Shown piece by piece: positions 12,801 to 27,257 of a stretch of 64,000 nucleotides of DNA. The stretch spans positions 62,001 through 126,000 of the forward strand of contig NW_003526944.1 in the NCBI RefSeq assembly GCF_000181795.1, written 5' to 3'. The first letter of the stretch is position 1; each line of letters opens with the position of its first letter. A model generated the notes under the pieces. That model did not search any database. It was not told the DNA's origin and saw only the letters and a program-made list of their open reading frames with translations. The translations under genes and the position numbers were made by a program. This DNA is from Trichinella spiralis (taxonomy: Eukaryota).

Positions 12801-15800
12801 TAACTCAATTTTATGTTTAAAATATTATTATTAAATAAATAAGTGTGAGGATTCTCCGCATGCATTAGGTATAGAAGTAACGTTTATAAAATGATAATTC
12901 TTGATGATAAATTTCATACACTGAAAAAAACCTATTCCACTTCAGCATCAGCAAATATATAATATTCAATTGAATGAATTCAGTGTCTCAATGTAAAGTT
13001 GCTTATTGAAATCATCTACAGTTCATAATAAAAAATTTCCATTTGCATTATTTTCGCTTTTAAAAGTAATATTTTTTCCAATGTAGAACGCTTAGAAAGA
13101 TTTTCCATTGTGTAAGTAAAACAAGAAGTTACATTGTCATTGTACACATATTCCATTGTATATTGGTTGAACATTAAAAGCTTTCTAATTGCAATCGAGA
13201 ATTGCATATTTAGATGAAACTTGGGCAACTGCTTGCAGTTCAGGCTACAGAAGTGATTCAGGTGTAGCATTCGGTAGTCAAGAACCGAGGCACAGATTAT
13301 CATTATCTCACCATAAACCGTACGATAATGCAGAATTGGGGCACTGGGAAGAAGCTGATCCTTCGATGTCGCATATGAGTGGCTACTACAGTGATTACAC
13401 AAGTCACAGACGTACCAGATCAGGTCGACGTTATGCAAAAAATGTGCAAAGTGTTTTCCCCTTGGAACTCAGACCAAACTCACCTACTGAAGAAAGCGGT
13501 AACGAAACAAGTTCACCTTCACATGTAATTAGTGCTAGTCTTCGACGACTGCCACATCCTCCTCCATCTTTAACAGATGGATGCGATCGTAAAATCGAAC
13601 TTAAGTAAACTTAAGTAACTGATCAATCAGTTTAATAATTTTTAACATTACTAAAATTCTTTCACAGATATAGCAGCAAAAAAACTAGTAGCGATCAAGT
13701 CGAGGATCGTGCCAACATTGTCACCGGGGATTATCTCAGCGATGGCTCAGAAACATCCATTTCTATGCCTAGCACACGTTCAGAACGTCTAATTGGATCA
13801 CAGATGATCGTTAAAAACATTACCAGGTAATATTTATAAAGAAATTCGACTTAAATTACATTTGCAATTATACATAAAGTCCTCAATATAATTCACTTCT
13901 ACATAAGGATTTAATTTCACACTTTCTAATCCATTTCAAATTATTTATTAATTTTTGCTTTCATCGCCTTTTCCCTTTTATATAATTTTACATCATGAAT
14001 ATTTATTTCATTATGATTCCTAATAAACATCTTTATATTAAAAAATACCCATATAATATAATAAATGTGAAAAATAGAAAACATTTAGTAACAAAAATTT
14101 AATTAATTTCAGTCAGCTAAATATGAATTACGCTAAAGTAAAAGTGACTGCACAATTTTCACATGCAAAACAATTTTTACTTTACGTCATAAACAACTGT
14201 TGAAATTAAAGAATAAAAACGAAGCTAAAAATTGTGTCGCAAGAGCAAAACCTCTATTATTAAGCTTTCCAAATAGCATAACATGGATCAGTTATCAGTG
14301 TCAGAGAGAATTAGTTACTTAATTTCTTGTTGACCAGTTGTTAACCTCTCAGTTTGCTTTTTAATTGTTACAAGTGAATGTTTAAAATTTCTCTTCTCAA
14401 ATGTGTATTAGTGGTTTTCATTTCTGAATGAATGAATAATTTAATGCACGTCAATTGCTACGACCGGAATCAGAATTTTTGGTGGATCAAGTGTTGATAA
14501 GAGCATTTATTAAATGCAAATCCTACTTCAGCTGAGTAATCACATTTGAGCAGAAAAACGGGAAACAAAATAAAATATGCATTTGCATGGCTTCTTTTTC
14601 AAAAACTCTTACTCATTCCTTTACAGTTGCAACTTTTTTCCAAACCGAACGCTTTTTTTCACATTTTTGTAACAAACACCGTAGAGGCTTTTCGATTTGC
14701 ATCTTTTTTCACAAAAGAGCTTCAAAAGAAAATCAATATTTCAACCTGAGGAACAATGAATGATGTTCAACTACAATTTGCCCTTAACCCCACGCTGGTG
14801 GAGAATATTTCGGCGGTTTAGGCTAAATTGAAAAATCGGCTGTCACATGTTGACAGTGATCGATCCAAAATCAACCCTGCTTGATAATTTTTTTGGCTTT
14901 CAATTTCTATCCAACGACACCAAGAAGATGATGAAAATAGAAACAAATATAGCACATAGTATCAGCTAATTTAAGATTAATCATTTGTTTCAGAGAACGT
15001 AGTTTAGACGAAGAACACATGCCGAGATCAGTGAACAATAATTCAAGCAGTCATCATTATTCAACTCATGTAAAGCAAGAATCAGCAGAAGCAGGCGGCT
15101 TTTATGAAACTACAACTGAGAACAATTACAAAACCTGCAACGCCACTGTTGAACAGATACCAACCACTGACAAGCGGAAAAAAAGTTTAATGACTCGTCT
15201 CATTCCTGGTCGAGTTACCGCTGCCCAACTTGCCCAAGGTAAATGCTGCATATTGTGGTGTTCTTTCCTTTCTCCTTTATCTTATAAGCATACATTTGCT
15301 TCATATCCTAATCCAATATTATAGAGCAAAAACGCGTTGTATTCCGACGTTCAGATGAAGTTGGAGTGCCAGTGAATTTAAGTCCACAGACCAGTTTAGA
15401 TATAACGAAACAGTCCAGCCGAGAATCGACCGATAGCAACGAAAGCTCGTTAGTGATTGCCAACAATGCAAATGAGCTTGTTGTTTTGTAAAATAGTAAT
15501 TGTTTGTTTGTTTTTACTTTTTTGCAGATTAGTCCCTGTGGCACATGAGCCAGGCTCAATTGGTGAATTTGTCGACGGTCTTGGACCTGGCCAAGTGGTC
15601 GGTCGTCAAGCTGTTGCCAGCCCTTGTCTAGGAGAGATTCAGATTAGCTTGTATGAAAGGAGAAGCAATTTAGAAGTTCGAATCATTCGCGCTAGACATC
15701 TTAACCGAAAGCCCGGCTCTAAATTTTATCCATGTAACTAACCATTCCAGATCCACGTCGAAAACACTATTTTATTCAGCCTTTACAATTATGTGTTTTC

Positions 15801-16130
15801 AGCGCCTTATGTAAAAGTGTATCTTTGCGATGAAAAATCGATAGTTGCCAAAGCAAAGACAGGCTTAGCTGCAAGAACACCGGAACCAAGATTTGATCAG
15901 TTGCTCATCTTTACCGAAGCATATCATAATCGTCTTTTACAAGTAAAAAACCAACAACAATAAACAGATAAATAAATAATGTATATTGCATACAAATTAA
16001 GGTGATTCTGGTTGGTGATTATGGAAGAATAGAGCGCAAATCGGTGATTGGTCTCGCCATGATTCGCCTGAGCAATTTGGATTTAAAGAAACCAATTGAA
16101 GGTTGGTACAAGCTATACCACTCTGGCTAG
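6878..16130 (+). CDS. unc-10: RIM / UNC-10 presynaptic active-zone protein (multi-exon; first coding exon not found)
   Basis: Zn finger CQICQKTKFADGIGHKCYYCQLRSCARCGGR (6878-7082) continues as TIWSCSLCQQRQQILAKTGKWF (7286-). RIM-like RQGSLSSSDEDFPSTSECQSYEDLESES near 9677-9771. PDZ GLKVTGGR...GAFITKVKRGSVADTVGHLVPGDEV (10061-10436). C2A NPYVKMFLLPDR/SEKSRRQSKT...VWDYDQ (10800-12157). C2B FVDGLGPGQVVGRQ...APYVKVYL...GWYKLYH, TAG at 16128-16130. GT-AG junctions I checked are phase-consistent. Confidence 0.95.
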
Positions 16131-18780
16131 CTAAATGTCTTTTTTGTGACAAAACTATATATATCTTTGGTTCAGCTTCAGCTCCTACTTCTTTTCTTTA
16201 AATTTCCTGTTTTTATTTTCTTAATCGTCACTATGCAAATTCACTTTGAGCAAAAATCAAAAATCACACGCAAGCACATTTGTCTGTCTACGGTGTACCG
16301 CTTTGTGACTTCCGCGAAACACAGGGCCACAGTATACAATTTTGAATTGGTTAACTAATTTAAAATTTTACCTTTTTCTTTTGTTAAATGGCGATTGCAT
16401 TTACCCGATGCGATTAAATTCGATTAAAGCAAAATTATTCTATATTACTAAAAATTGATCATGAATTTCAATTCTTCACTCGAAACATAACAGTAATACA
16501 ACCATTAATTACTGTAATTTTCAATGCGACTTCATTTGGACATTTCCATTATGAAAAAAAAGATACGCAGAATAATACAACAAGTATTTTGCTCGTGCTT
16601 CTAATTTTCGAGGAAAATATGTTCGTTGGAAGAGTCTGAACACAAATGGTCTGATTTACTGTGAAAAGTAACGTCAAAATTTTCCGGATACCAGTACCAC
16701 AACTGTTATTTTTCGAAAAATAATTTCCTTATATTTATTTCTTAAAAGAAATTTCTCTACAATTCTATTGCTACAAACATTTCTAAAACTACGAGGAACA
16801 ATATAAAGATTGATTAAATCTAATGAACGATTTTATGAGCCAGTCACATTTATATTTGACTACATAAAAATACACATATCCTCGAATATGAATAATAAAT
16901 TCTTAGGGATAAAGTAAGTTGTTTAACAAAATATACGAAAAATTAATCAGCCAAAGCATTTTGCAAACGCTTGAAATGATCATTCAGCGTTGATTATCAG
17001 TATCAAAATAAAAATTTCAAACTGAGAAAATTACTTGAATAATTCCCTCAAACATACATAACTACTCAACAACTATTCAAACTAATTTCTGTTTTATCTG
17101 CAAATTTATCATAAAATAATATTCTCTTTTCACAGAATTATTTTATAAATGTTTTTACCGCTTAATTGCAAGGACAAATTTCAAAAATACGCCAATTCTA
17201 AGTCAACATTTTCCAAGTGTCGATTGAACAAAGACCATCACAATAATAAACATAAATAACACTTACCGTTTTATAAATATATGCTTATGGTAGATGATAA
17301 ACGTTAGGTAGTCGACAGCAATTTCTGTATTCAATTTTTGAATGAATGAAGAATTTTCGTATTTAGTAAGCATTCTGCATAGATTCTATAAAATAAATAT
17401 ATAAAGCATATAAAGATATACTAAATATATAAAATTCATGTATAAATCTACAAAATCAAATCAATAAAATAAACATAAATTAATAAAGAAATTTTTCACA
17501 TTTCTTGAATAATATCTTTAGAAAAAAATTGGTTGCTATAAAATGCCACATTGCAAAAAGTATTCAGTTTTTCCGTCTAGAAAGAACTGAATGAAAACAA
17601 TTTCACATAAAAACAAATTTTATGATTACAAAAAACTATGATATTCATTAAAGCATCAAGTGAAATTAATTGTTACGTATTTCCCAATTGAGCTGTTCTT
17701 CAACGATAATGACTTATTACAAAATTAATGTTTTCTATAAATGGAGAACATTTTATTGAAAAAAGTTTTTAATCAGTTACAAAATAAATTCATTTTAATC
17801 GTTCTTATATTACTTGAAGTCAATTAAAAATATTAAAATAACATAAGAATATTCGGTTCAATAAATGACAATTAGAAAATAAAGATAAATGATAAATGGT
17901 AGTGCACTTTTTCACATATAAAAATATTTTGTATTAAGTGGCATCAAATACTGTCATAATTTAACAGAAAAAATTTCTTTTTTTCAAATATGAAGTATAA
18001 TGAAGATTTAAATCATGTTTATGGCACACTGCTTTAATTAACTTATAAATGTCCACTGTAATTTCATGTATCAATATAACTTAATTTGAACATTTCGTGT
18101 TTGACATTTAAGCATCAGGAAAATTTTGTAAGAATATTATTTGTAAAATACCAATTTCAGGCACTTTATGAATCTGACTAAAAGAAATTATACCTTGTCT
18201 TTTTTAATAAACAAGTGTTTAAGTTTCGTTATATAGAAATTAGCAATAACCTAATGACTGTACGGTAGTATATCAAAATGCTAATAATATAAATAGTCAA
18301 GTACAATTTTTGCAAAAATTTCATATTCGTATAATACCTTGTTTTGCCGTGAAAATTATTTTAATCACAATTTAAATTTTATTTCATAAATTAGTATTAT
18401 TACCTCAAACATCAGATGCAATATCAAAAAACATACTTATAGATGTTACTACTTATTACATTTTAACATGGGTCAGCAGTTGAATATTCTACGTAAAAGC
18501 AAACATTAGAAACAAAATTTCAAAATTTATAATAAAACTTCTAATACAACGGACTTATTTCTAAAATAACAAAAATTAGGCTTAAAAATAATAAGTCAAC
18601 TTTACCAAAACTCTTACATACAACAATATATAGCACTTTCAAATACTGCTTTCCTGAAACAAATTATAGGACTAAATGTTTTAATGAAAAAGACCTGAAA
18701 ACGTGTAAATTGCGTTTACTTCTTTCCATATTAAAAGTTTGGTACAAACAGTACATTTCATAAAAAGCATTAAATACATT

Positions 18781-19458
<678 letters not shown>

Positions 19459-19912
19459 TCAATTTTACAGCTGGATAACGGCCACACAAAAGTGTAACAA
19501 CATTTGTGACATTCAAGTACTAATAGATTTACCGTAATTCAACTAATTTATGTGTTTGTTTTATGCAGAATAGAAAATTCAGTTTTATAAACTGTATTTT
19601 TTTTTCTTTAAAATCTTAAAATAAACTGCTATACTTATGAATTCTAAATATATTACAATAATAACTTACAGTACTGCTTCAAGTCAATGGCCTAAATAGA
19701 TCCATAAAATAAGCTTTTAATATTTATGCATTGAATTTTTAATGATAAACTTATGAATTAAATTTTTAATTATTTTATTTTATAATTTCAGGTTTTTTTT
19801 TGCAAAATACCGTACGCAGACCATCTTCCCTTTTTATCTTCTTACGTCCGTGTGTTGTGGTTGTTTGAAATTACTTTAAATTTGAAATAATATCCAGTGA
19901 AATTGAACTGCT

Positions 19913-21424
19913 ATGCAAAAGTCTGAATGAAATTTTTGTAAATTTATTTATTTATTTCATACAAATCTGTATTTAGCTTTGAATTCAAATGTACGGTAAA
20001 GTTGGTGAAGGCTGGTTCTACTTTTTGGCATGTATCAGGCTCAATATGTCTGACGTGTCCATCAGAAATATCTAATCGTTCAGCGGCGTTAGTAATTCGT
20101 CGAAATGGTGAAACATTACAGTCATTTCGTGTAACAGATTTGCAAAAAGTTTGCAAACCGGCCATAAAAGATGGGAAATTATCAATCTTTTTAAAAGACA
20201 ATACTTGTCTTCTGATTAGCAAGGTAATTTACTTTTTATTTTTTGAATAACTGTTACCAATTTTTAGATATTTTATTTCATTATTTGCTCCTATTACTGT
20301 TATAGCTGTTCTTCATTATAAGTCATTGTTATTTTTTATTAAATTCATTTTAGTCTAACGAAATGGTTTTGTTGTGTCTTGCAAATTTGTTAGATCATTG
20401 TATCGAAGGAAGGAGTCTTTACCTTAAAATGTGTCGTTGTCCAATGTTGAAACAGTGCATGTCAATGAAATCTTTGGTACGTTATCAATTTGGCAGGAAC
20501 ATATGTTTGACCAGTACAACCGTGGATGAGAATGACTTCTTTAAAGCAGACTGTTCATTGGTAGAGTTCATCGAAATGAGAGATTGTCGCTGTGAAAAGT
20601 TATTTTCCATACTGACCGCGGCACGATTTTCGAATTTGAATACATTGAACATAACATCTTGTCACAACGCTTCATTTGATGATAAATTTTGGATTGCTCT
20701 CCCCACTGCATTAGAAGTACTGATTTTGAGAGATAATGAAATCACAAGGTTGACAGATGGATTTTGCAAATTGACAGTTAAAACTATTGATCTGAGCAAA
20801 AATAAATTACAAGCATTACCTGAAAATATGTCTTCCATGCGGAGGACATTGAAGAAGCTGGATATTTCTCACAATCGTATTCGCTTTCTGAATCACTCCA
20901 TTTTAGAATTGTCTTTAAGTGAATTAGACACAAGTGTCAACGATTTTCATGGCAATTTTCGGTTTTTTGATCATGCTCTTGAATCTTCTAAAAGGATATG
21001 TCGACGCAGACGGTTTTTGACTGAAGCTGCAGCATTTGCTGTATTACGCAGGTGATACGTTACGACTTTTATAATTTTATATTAATTTATTTTATATTTT
21101 AAGCTTACGTTTAATCTATTTAGCTATAATTTTGATATAGTAAAATTAAAGCAGGAAACCGTTTTGCCAGATTTATGCTGGGACGCTATTGAATCTTTAT
21201 CATCCTGTGCCGAATGCAAGTGCTGGTTGCCAAGAAGAAACTGCCTGTTTCACATTTATGGTGTAAATATGAGTAGAAATATACCTGTGTTCAGATTTTT
21301 AAATTCCGAGGCTATGCTTGGTTTTATTCCTTTGAGGGGAACATATTGTTCACCACAGTGTCAATCTGAATGGAAATTGAAGCACGATCCTATTTTATTG
21401 GATCTGTTGAACTGGGCATTGTGA
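19913..21424 (+). CDS. lrr-1: Leucine-rich repeat protein 1 (LRR1-like CRL2 substrate receptor)
   Basis: Exons about 19913-19920, 19977-20223, 20353-21051 and about 21124-21424. N-terminal region with KDGKLSIFLK..LLISK, LRRs (LEVLILRDNEITRL, IDLSKNKLQALP, LDISHNRIRFL), BC-box-like FLTEAAAFAVLR and C-terminal Cys motifs (CAECKC, YCSPQC). This matches my recollection of LRR1 architecture. Confidence 0.7.
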
Positions 21425-21609
21425 AATATTTCAGAAATTGTGATAAATTATCATAAATCTTTTAATATGATGAATTATTTTTTCAAATAAACCTGCATAG
21501 CATTAATTTTTGTAACTGACTTTGTGAGAACATTTGAATGGAATGATATGAATTTCAAAATTTAAAGTAATATTTAAAAATTAAAACCGCTCCAATTTTA
21601 CTTTAATTA

Positions 21610-22198
21610 AAGTGAAACTCCGATTATCCGAACATTTTTTGGTCAGACAACCTGCATTCCACTAATACTGTAACATTCCGTTGTTGCCTAATTTTTGTCC
21701 GGTATGTCTACTACTAGAAAGAGAAAGGTTTTGAATTTAGAGGAAAAGCTAAAAATGTGTGAACTAGTGGAGAGGGGCGAGTGGCTCAGGAAAACTGCTA
21801 AGAGTTTTAGTGTGGGTCTGTCCACAGTTTCAGACATCTATCTCAGTCGACGTCAGCGAACTGACTTTGTGTCGCACATAGATACTTCGAGAAGAAGCTA
21901 GCTTCGTTAAAACAGAAACTTATTATTGATTTTATAAAATCTAACACAAAGTAAATTTTATGCTTTTTCAATGTGGCGCTGAAAATATAATCGACGTGTT
22001 AATAAATGTTCATGCAATTTAAGCGAGTAAAGGGGAAATAACGTCGCATAATAAGCGGAATGTCTACTCTTACACGTCAAATTGAGAATAACAGCTATAA
22101 ACGCTTCAATTATGTACATACATTTTGAAAAATTGAAAACGTCTGATTATCCGAATGACCCCCAAAAACCGAGTGTTCGGATAATCGGTGTTCCACTG
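21610..22198 (+). mobile_element. Internally deleted (non-autonomous) pogo/Tigger-type Tc1/mariner DNA transposon, 589 bp
   Basis: 25-bp terminal inverted repeats aagtgaaactccgattatccgaaca (21610-21634) and tgttcggataatcggtgttccactg (22174-22198), 3 mismatches, TA on both flanks (21608-09, 22199-200). Subterminal copy ctgattatccgaa at 22143-22155. Contains a CENP-B-type HTH fragment. Confidence 0.9.
21704..21901 (+). pseudogene. Truncated pogo/Tigger transposase, only the N-terminal CENP-B/psq-like HTH retained
   Basis: RKRKVLNLEEKLKMCELVERGEWLRKTAKSFSVGLSTVSDI, then a stop; no DDD catalytic domain between the TIRs. Confidence 0.85.
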
Positions 22199-22401
22199 TA
22201 TTTTTATTAGTTAAATTCGTTTAATTTATTTACTTGTCGAAGTAATCATTAAAAATATCATAATAAACATTCAGGTTATCTTAAGCGAAAACATTATCAA
22301 CTGCTATCTTATTTACATACATTTCGTGCAGAGGTTGTCCAGAAAGAATGTGAATGGAGAAAAAATTAGTTTAAACTTGAAACAAAAGCTGAACAACGAA
22401 A

Positions 22402-24783
22402 ATGATTTTTCGAAACATTTTCTTAATGATCAGTTTTGCATCTGCTCTTGTAAACTGTATATTTTTTCGACGTGGACATTTAGAAAATGGAATATTTTCA
22501 ATCGATCAAATTTTTTTCAATGATAAAAGTTTCAGTAATACCAAAGTTGCAGCAAATTTCAATTATTTCCAACAAAACCTAGATCACTTCCATCATCAAC
22601 AAAATATCACATGGCTCCAGGTTATTATGGCTCAGTAACTATTATATTTTGTGATAATTAATTGTTCCATTTCAGCGCTATTGGGTAAATACGAAATATT
22701 ACAAGCCTGGTGGACCAGCATTTTTGCTAATTGGTGGCGAAGGTCCAGCTATTTCTAGTTGGATACAAGAAAGTAGAAGATGAGCAACTTTTACAAATAA
22801 GTGTAAATGAAATAATTATATTTTCAAAGGTGAAAAATATCCGAAAGACTGGATGAAAAAGGCGCAAACTTTTGGTGCGATCTGTTTTATGCTGGAGCAT
22901 CGATACTATGGTGAAAGCCATCCAACAGAGTTTAACACAATCTGTTATTTTTTTCCTTTAAACTACCCCTTTAATGAAACTGCATTTAAATTTATAGTAA
23001 CATGAAAACAGAAAATCTCAGATGGCTGACAAGTGACCAAGCACTTGCTGACGTGGCCAATTTCATTTCCTACGCAACCACACGTTACAATTTGCAAGGA
23101 AGTCGGTGGATCACATTCGGTGGATCATATGCAGGTGAATGAACGTTCCAAAAAATTTCTAAACATACTCAAAGGCATCGTTCCAAAAATTATTTGTCAG
23201 GACTGCTATCTGGTTGGTCGAGGTTAAAATATCCCCACCTAATTACCGGTGCTGTCGCCAGCAGTGCTCCTTTTCACATTAAAGTCAACTTTCATGGTTA
23301 GTATTATTTAATCTGCTTAAAAAACTCATTACTTCTGTTTTCAGAATATCTTGATAGTGTTTTTGATAGCATAAAAAATGAAAATGCAAACTGTGCTTCA
23401 GAAATAGAGAACGCTGTTTTACAAATGCGGAAACTGCTTCGAACTGAATACGGAAGAAGAGAAATGAAAGAAAAGTTAAGGTGACTTATTGGAATTAGGC
23501 ATTGAAACATGTTAATAACTGAACACACAGATTGATAATAATGATGACTTAATCAGAGTATAAATACAGAGAAACAAAAGTGCTAGTTGCATATAATATA
23601 ATATATCATTAAAAAATTGTTTAGTTTATGTAAGAAAATTAAACAAGCTGAAGGAAAAGATGTGCAAAATCTGTTCGCCACCATTGCCGATATGTTTTCA
23701 TTCATCGTTCAGTACAATCAGCCAAACGTATGTCAACATTACTTATATAGATTAAATGACAATATCGCAAAGTATAGTGACATCATTTACAAACTGTTAT
23801 TTTTAATTACTTACCATAACTATATCGTAGTTGAAAGCACTAGAAAATGATTTTCAAGTGAACAGCTTTTATTTCAAGCAGCACATTCTGTATCAATATT
23901 TTAAAAACTCACTACACTGTTACAGTATAAAGTTTACAGGTACAAATGTAACCATAATATAAATATGAATAGACTGCAATGAGTATGAAAAATATGTGTG
24001 AAAAGCTGACAGATTTGTCTGGCGGAGATCCTGTAACGCGTCTCGGTGTTATTATACGTTGGATGCTCAGATTTACTTCCGCACTTTGCTTGAATTTTCG
24101 ATATTCAGACATGATAGCTGAATTAAGTGATACAAAATGGACGAAATCGAGCAGTAAGTTATTTTTATTTCAACAACGCACTGAATTATTTGCATTACAG
24201 CACGACAATGGCAATATCAAACTTGCACAGAATTTGGCTATTTTCAAACAACAGATTCACTTCAGCATGCTTTCTTTGGAACCTATGATTTACAGTCAGT
24301 TAATTGTTTGCTATTTTTTGTTTTGTTGATTAGTATTTTATTTTTTGAGGTTCTTTTTTGATATCTGCAAAGATACATTTGGAAAACAGTTTACGGAAGC
24401 AACTGTACATCGAGGTGCATTTGAAAAAAATGTACGTTATGGAGGAAAACAGTTGAAAGTAATTATCAGTGTAACAATAAAATTTCCAAAAAGGAATATA
24501 ATCTGTTGTTAAGAAGTCAAACATTATTTTGATAAACGGATCCGTGGATCCGTGGCATAGACTTGGTCTCGTCAATAATCCGCATCCACTATCAAAGGCA
24601 ATATTAATAAATGGTACCATATTGCACAAGTTGCTCGCTAGAACCAATATTAGTTCTCTTTTCAATTTTTAAGGCTCTTCTCACTGCGCTGATATGTATC
24701 CTGAGCTAACAAGCGATCCAGAAACGTTGATCAAAGCACGACGTGAAATTACTGGGCACATAGCTTCTTGGATATTACAATAG
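22402..24783 (+). CDS. Serine peptidase family S28 (prolylcarboxypeptidase / thymus-specific serine protease-like), probably secreted or lysosomal
   Basis: Hydrophobic N-terminus, [41 protein letters not shown], catalytic FGGSYAG (about 23116-23134), [34 protein letters not shown] at 24781-24783. Confidence 0.93.
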
Positions 24784-25252
24784 TTCAGTAATTTAAAAGA
24801 GTGAAGCTAATTATAACGTACTTCAGTTTTATAAAGAAAACATGTTTAATTCTGCAAATCTAAATGAACAACAATTTATAATAAAGTAAAATAATAAATA
24901 TGAAGAAGAAAAATACCATTTCACTTTCACCATGAGAATAAAAATGACAAGCCATATAACATTCTTTAGCAAACAGCATATTGTCGTTCTTTAATACAAA
25001 AACACTGATGGAAATACATCCACACTGATGACTTCCAAAAAAGCATACAAATTCTCATTTGACTGTAAACAAAAACTGCAGCAATTTTTTTTACATTCTT
25101 AGATGACACAACTTCACGATCACCGATCTTGGTATTCATTCAGTAAATCAGTTCAATAAATAAGCATCAGTGATAAACAGTTTTTCTATATATTTTCGAA
25201 AAATAAACATTTTTGCTGATTATAGAGTAATACATACACACACATAATATAT

Positions 25253-25278
25253 GTATATATATATGTGTGTGTGTGTGT
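25253..25278. repeat. (TA)n(TG)n compound microsatellite just past the TFIIS stop codon
   Basis: gtatatatatatgtgtgtgtgtgtgt. Confidence 0.8.
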
Positions 25279-25299
25279 ATGGGTGTTTTTAGTTCCATT

Positions 25300-26253
25300 T
25301 TAGCAAAATTTCCAACGATTGCCACACTCACGGCAGTATACAAAAGTTGTCATCGGTTCATCTGCACTACGAGTCTGTGCTTGTGTATAAGTGCAATTCT
25401 TTTTGTGACATTTTCCACATTTGAACATATCCGTTGGAGTTCCAACTTCCTGCGCTACTTGATGCTCTTCAATTGCTTCTTTGGTAAATTTTCTTCTAGC
25501 TGCTTTCAAAGCTTCGCTAGCCATTTCTTCGGATGTCATTGTGGCCAATCGGATTGCAGTAATCTCACCGGACAATACACTGCGCTTCAGATCGGGATTT
25601 TTCTTATCGCGCAAATTGAACACCCTGCTGCGAACACAGGCGCAGTAACGATCACCTGTGTTGTTGAACAAACTGTATATTTCCTGTTCAATTTCGGCAG
25701 CCAAACGTTCTCTAGTTAACACACTTATTTCTGGTGAATTCAAATCTGGTTCCAAAGATTTCAACAACATCTGTCTGCATTTTTCACGCACATCAGTCAT
25801 CTGTGGTGGAAATGTGGTATTCTTCTGAAATGGGCGTGGTCGAATCGGGGTCGAAGCCACGCCATCACTGTCATTCGACCGTCCACCTTCGGACATGTTA
25901 CTAGCCACAGAATCATTTCTCGTCAAATTTACCGAATTCGCTGCAGCAGCAGAAGAAGAAGAAGAAGAACCGCTGCTTTTGGACGACGCACTTTTGCATT
26001 CGATCAACTTTTTCCAATGTCGAATCAAATTTTTCGCCTCTACCTGCAAACTGCGGTCAGTTGTCTTTTTCCGCAGTTCATTCACGGTCATACCAATGCG
26101 TGTCTTTTGCAAAAGTTCCACTGTCATCGGCGTCGCTCTTAAAATTTTTAAAATATCCATTGCAGATTGTTCGGATTTTTCTCCATTCACCACTTTATCC
26201 AACTTTTTCCCATAGCGGATCAGATCATCTTCACGTGGTTTCACTTGCGCCAT
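25300..26253 (-). CDS. TCEA1: Transcription elongation factor TFIIS, intronless CDS
   Basis: N-terminal LW domain (LLQKTRIGMTVNELRK..LIRHWKKL), central domain (RSRVFNLRDKKNPDLK), Zn ribbon CGKC...QTRSADEPMTTFVYCRECGNRWKFC; first ATG at 26253. Confidence 0.98.
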   Translation of the reverse strand: MAQVKPREDDLIRYGKKLDKVVNGEKSEQSAMDILKILRATPMTVELLQKTRIGMTVNELRKKTTDRSLQVEAKNLIRHWKKLIECKSASSKSSGSSSSSSAAAANSVNLTRNDSVASNMSEGGRSNDSDGVASTPIRPRPFQKNTTFPPQMTDVREKCRQMLLKSLEPDLNSPEISVLTRERLAAEIEQEIYSLFNNTGDRYCACVRSRVFNLRDKKNPDLKRSVLSGEITAIRLATMTSEEMASEALKAARRKFTKEAIEEHQVAQEVGTPTDMFKCGKCHKKNCTYTQAQTRSADEPMTTFVYCRECGNRWKFC

Positions 26254-27223
26254 CACCCGTCTTTTAGAAACAAAAATCCAATTAAAATTCACTGAACAAT
26301 TACAGTAAACATTCGTTTCAGCATAATAAGAAAATTACACGAAATAACCAGAACGTTGACACAAATATACCAACATGTGAAAATGTTATCAAAGAAAAAA
26401 TTACCATCTTACATTTGTTGAACACGAGAAATGATAATTTTGTATAATATTTTTTGAAATTCATGTTACAATCAAATCAATTATTGTGCAACTTCTTTTA
26501 ATAATAAACTGAACACAAAACAGAACTAAGCATTTTTCAACTGTGAAATGAATCAAGTCAATTCGATGTCGGTAAATAATATATGAAAAACAACGCATCG
26601 TTTCATTCACATAAATTAAACTTTCAATTTCATGCAAAAAACACTTCAACACAAAATTCTGTTTATATGTGACTCAATTAAAAAGTATAAAATTACATTG
26701 AAAATAAAAAAATAAACAATTAACTGATTGTGAAATGAAATAAACTCAACATGTGCAGACGATAATTAATCAGTGAAACAATTTCATAGAATTCATGCTC
26801 AGCTGAATGAAACAAGTAGCGCAATTCTCACCGCAAAAATATTTTATCATTCATCAATTATTGCCTCTACTACTTTACAAAATATAGAAATCATTCAATT
26901 TACAAAATATTGTAATCTACTGACGACGACCAAGCCTAACGCACCGTAACGTGCCTAACCTAACCAACTCAAGCAACAACTAATAATGAACAATGCCAAA
27001 GTGTTACCATACATTGTGCAATGTATAGAATATAATGGTTGAAACAAATAAAAGTCAAAAAAGCAATAAATTTATAATATCTATATATTTATATATTTAT
27101 GCATATATAATAAACTATGAAAACCTTAAAGGAAGCAATCGATGTATGAACATAAAATAAGGCTACAGTAACACACATTAAAAATCAAGTTCACCTTTTG
27201 CTGTTTTTTATACAAAATAATTT

Positions 27224-27257
27224 ATTATAAAATGGTGAAAATTATAAAATGGTGAAA
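27224..27257. repeat. 17-bp tandem duplication attataaaatggtgaaa x2
   Basis: Direct reading. Confidence 0.8.

Noticed and set aside
16131..18780. 2.6-kb very AT-rich gap between the convergent unc-10 and NUDT21 genes
   Set aside because: No repeat, hairpin or exon chain that I can support; likely UTRs and spacer
25267..26267. Plus-strand ORFs (150, 106, 68 aa) overlapping TFIIS
   Set aside because: Antisense shadows of a conserved CDS with no recognisable motifs
26934..26965. GCCTAA/CCTAA units resembling a nematode telomeric repeat
   Set aside because: Only three units, not a regular tandem array
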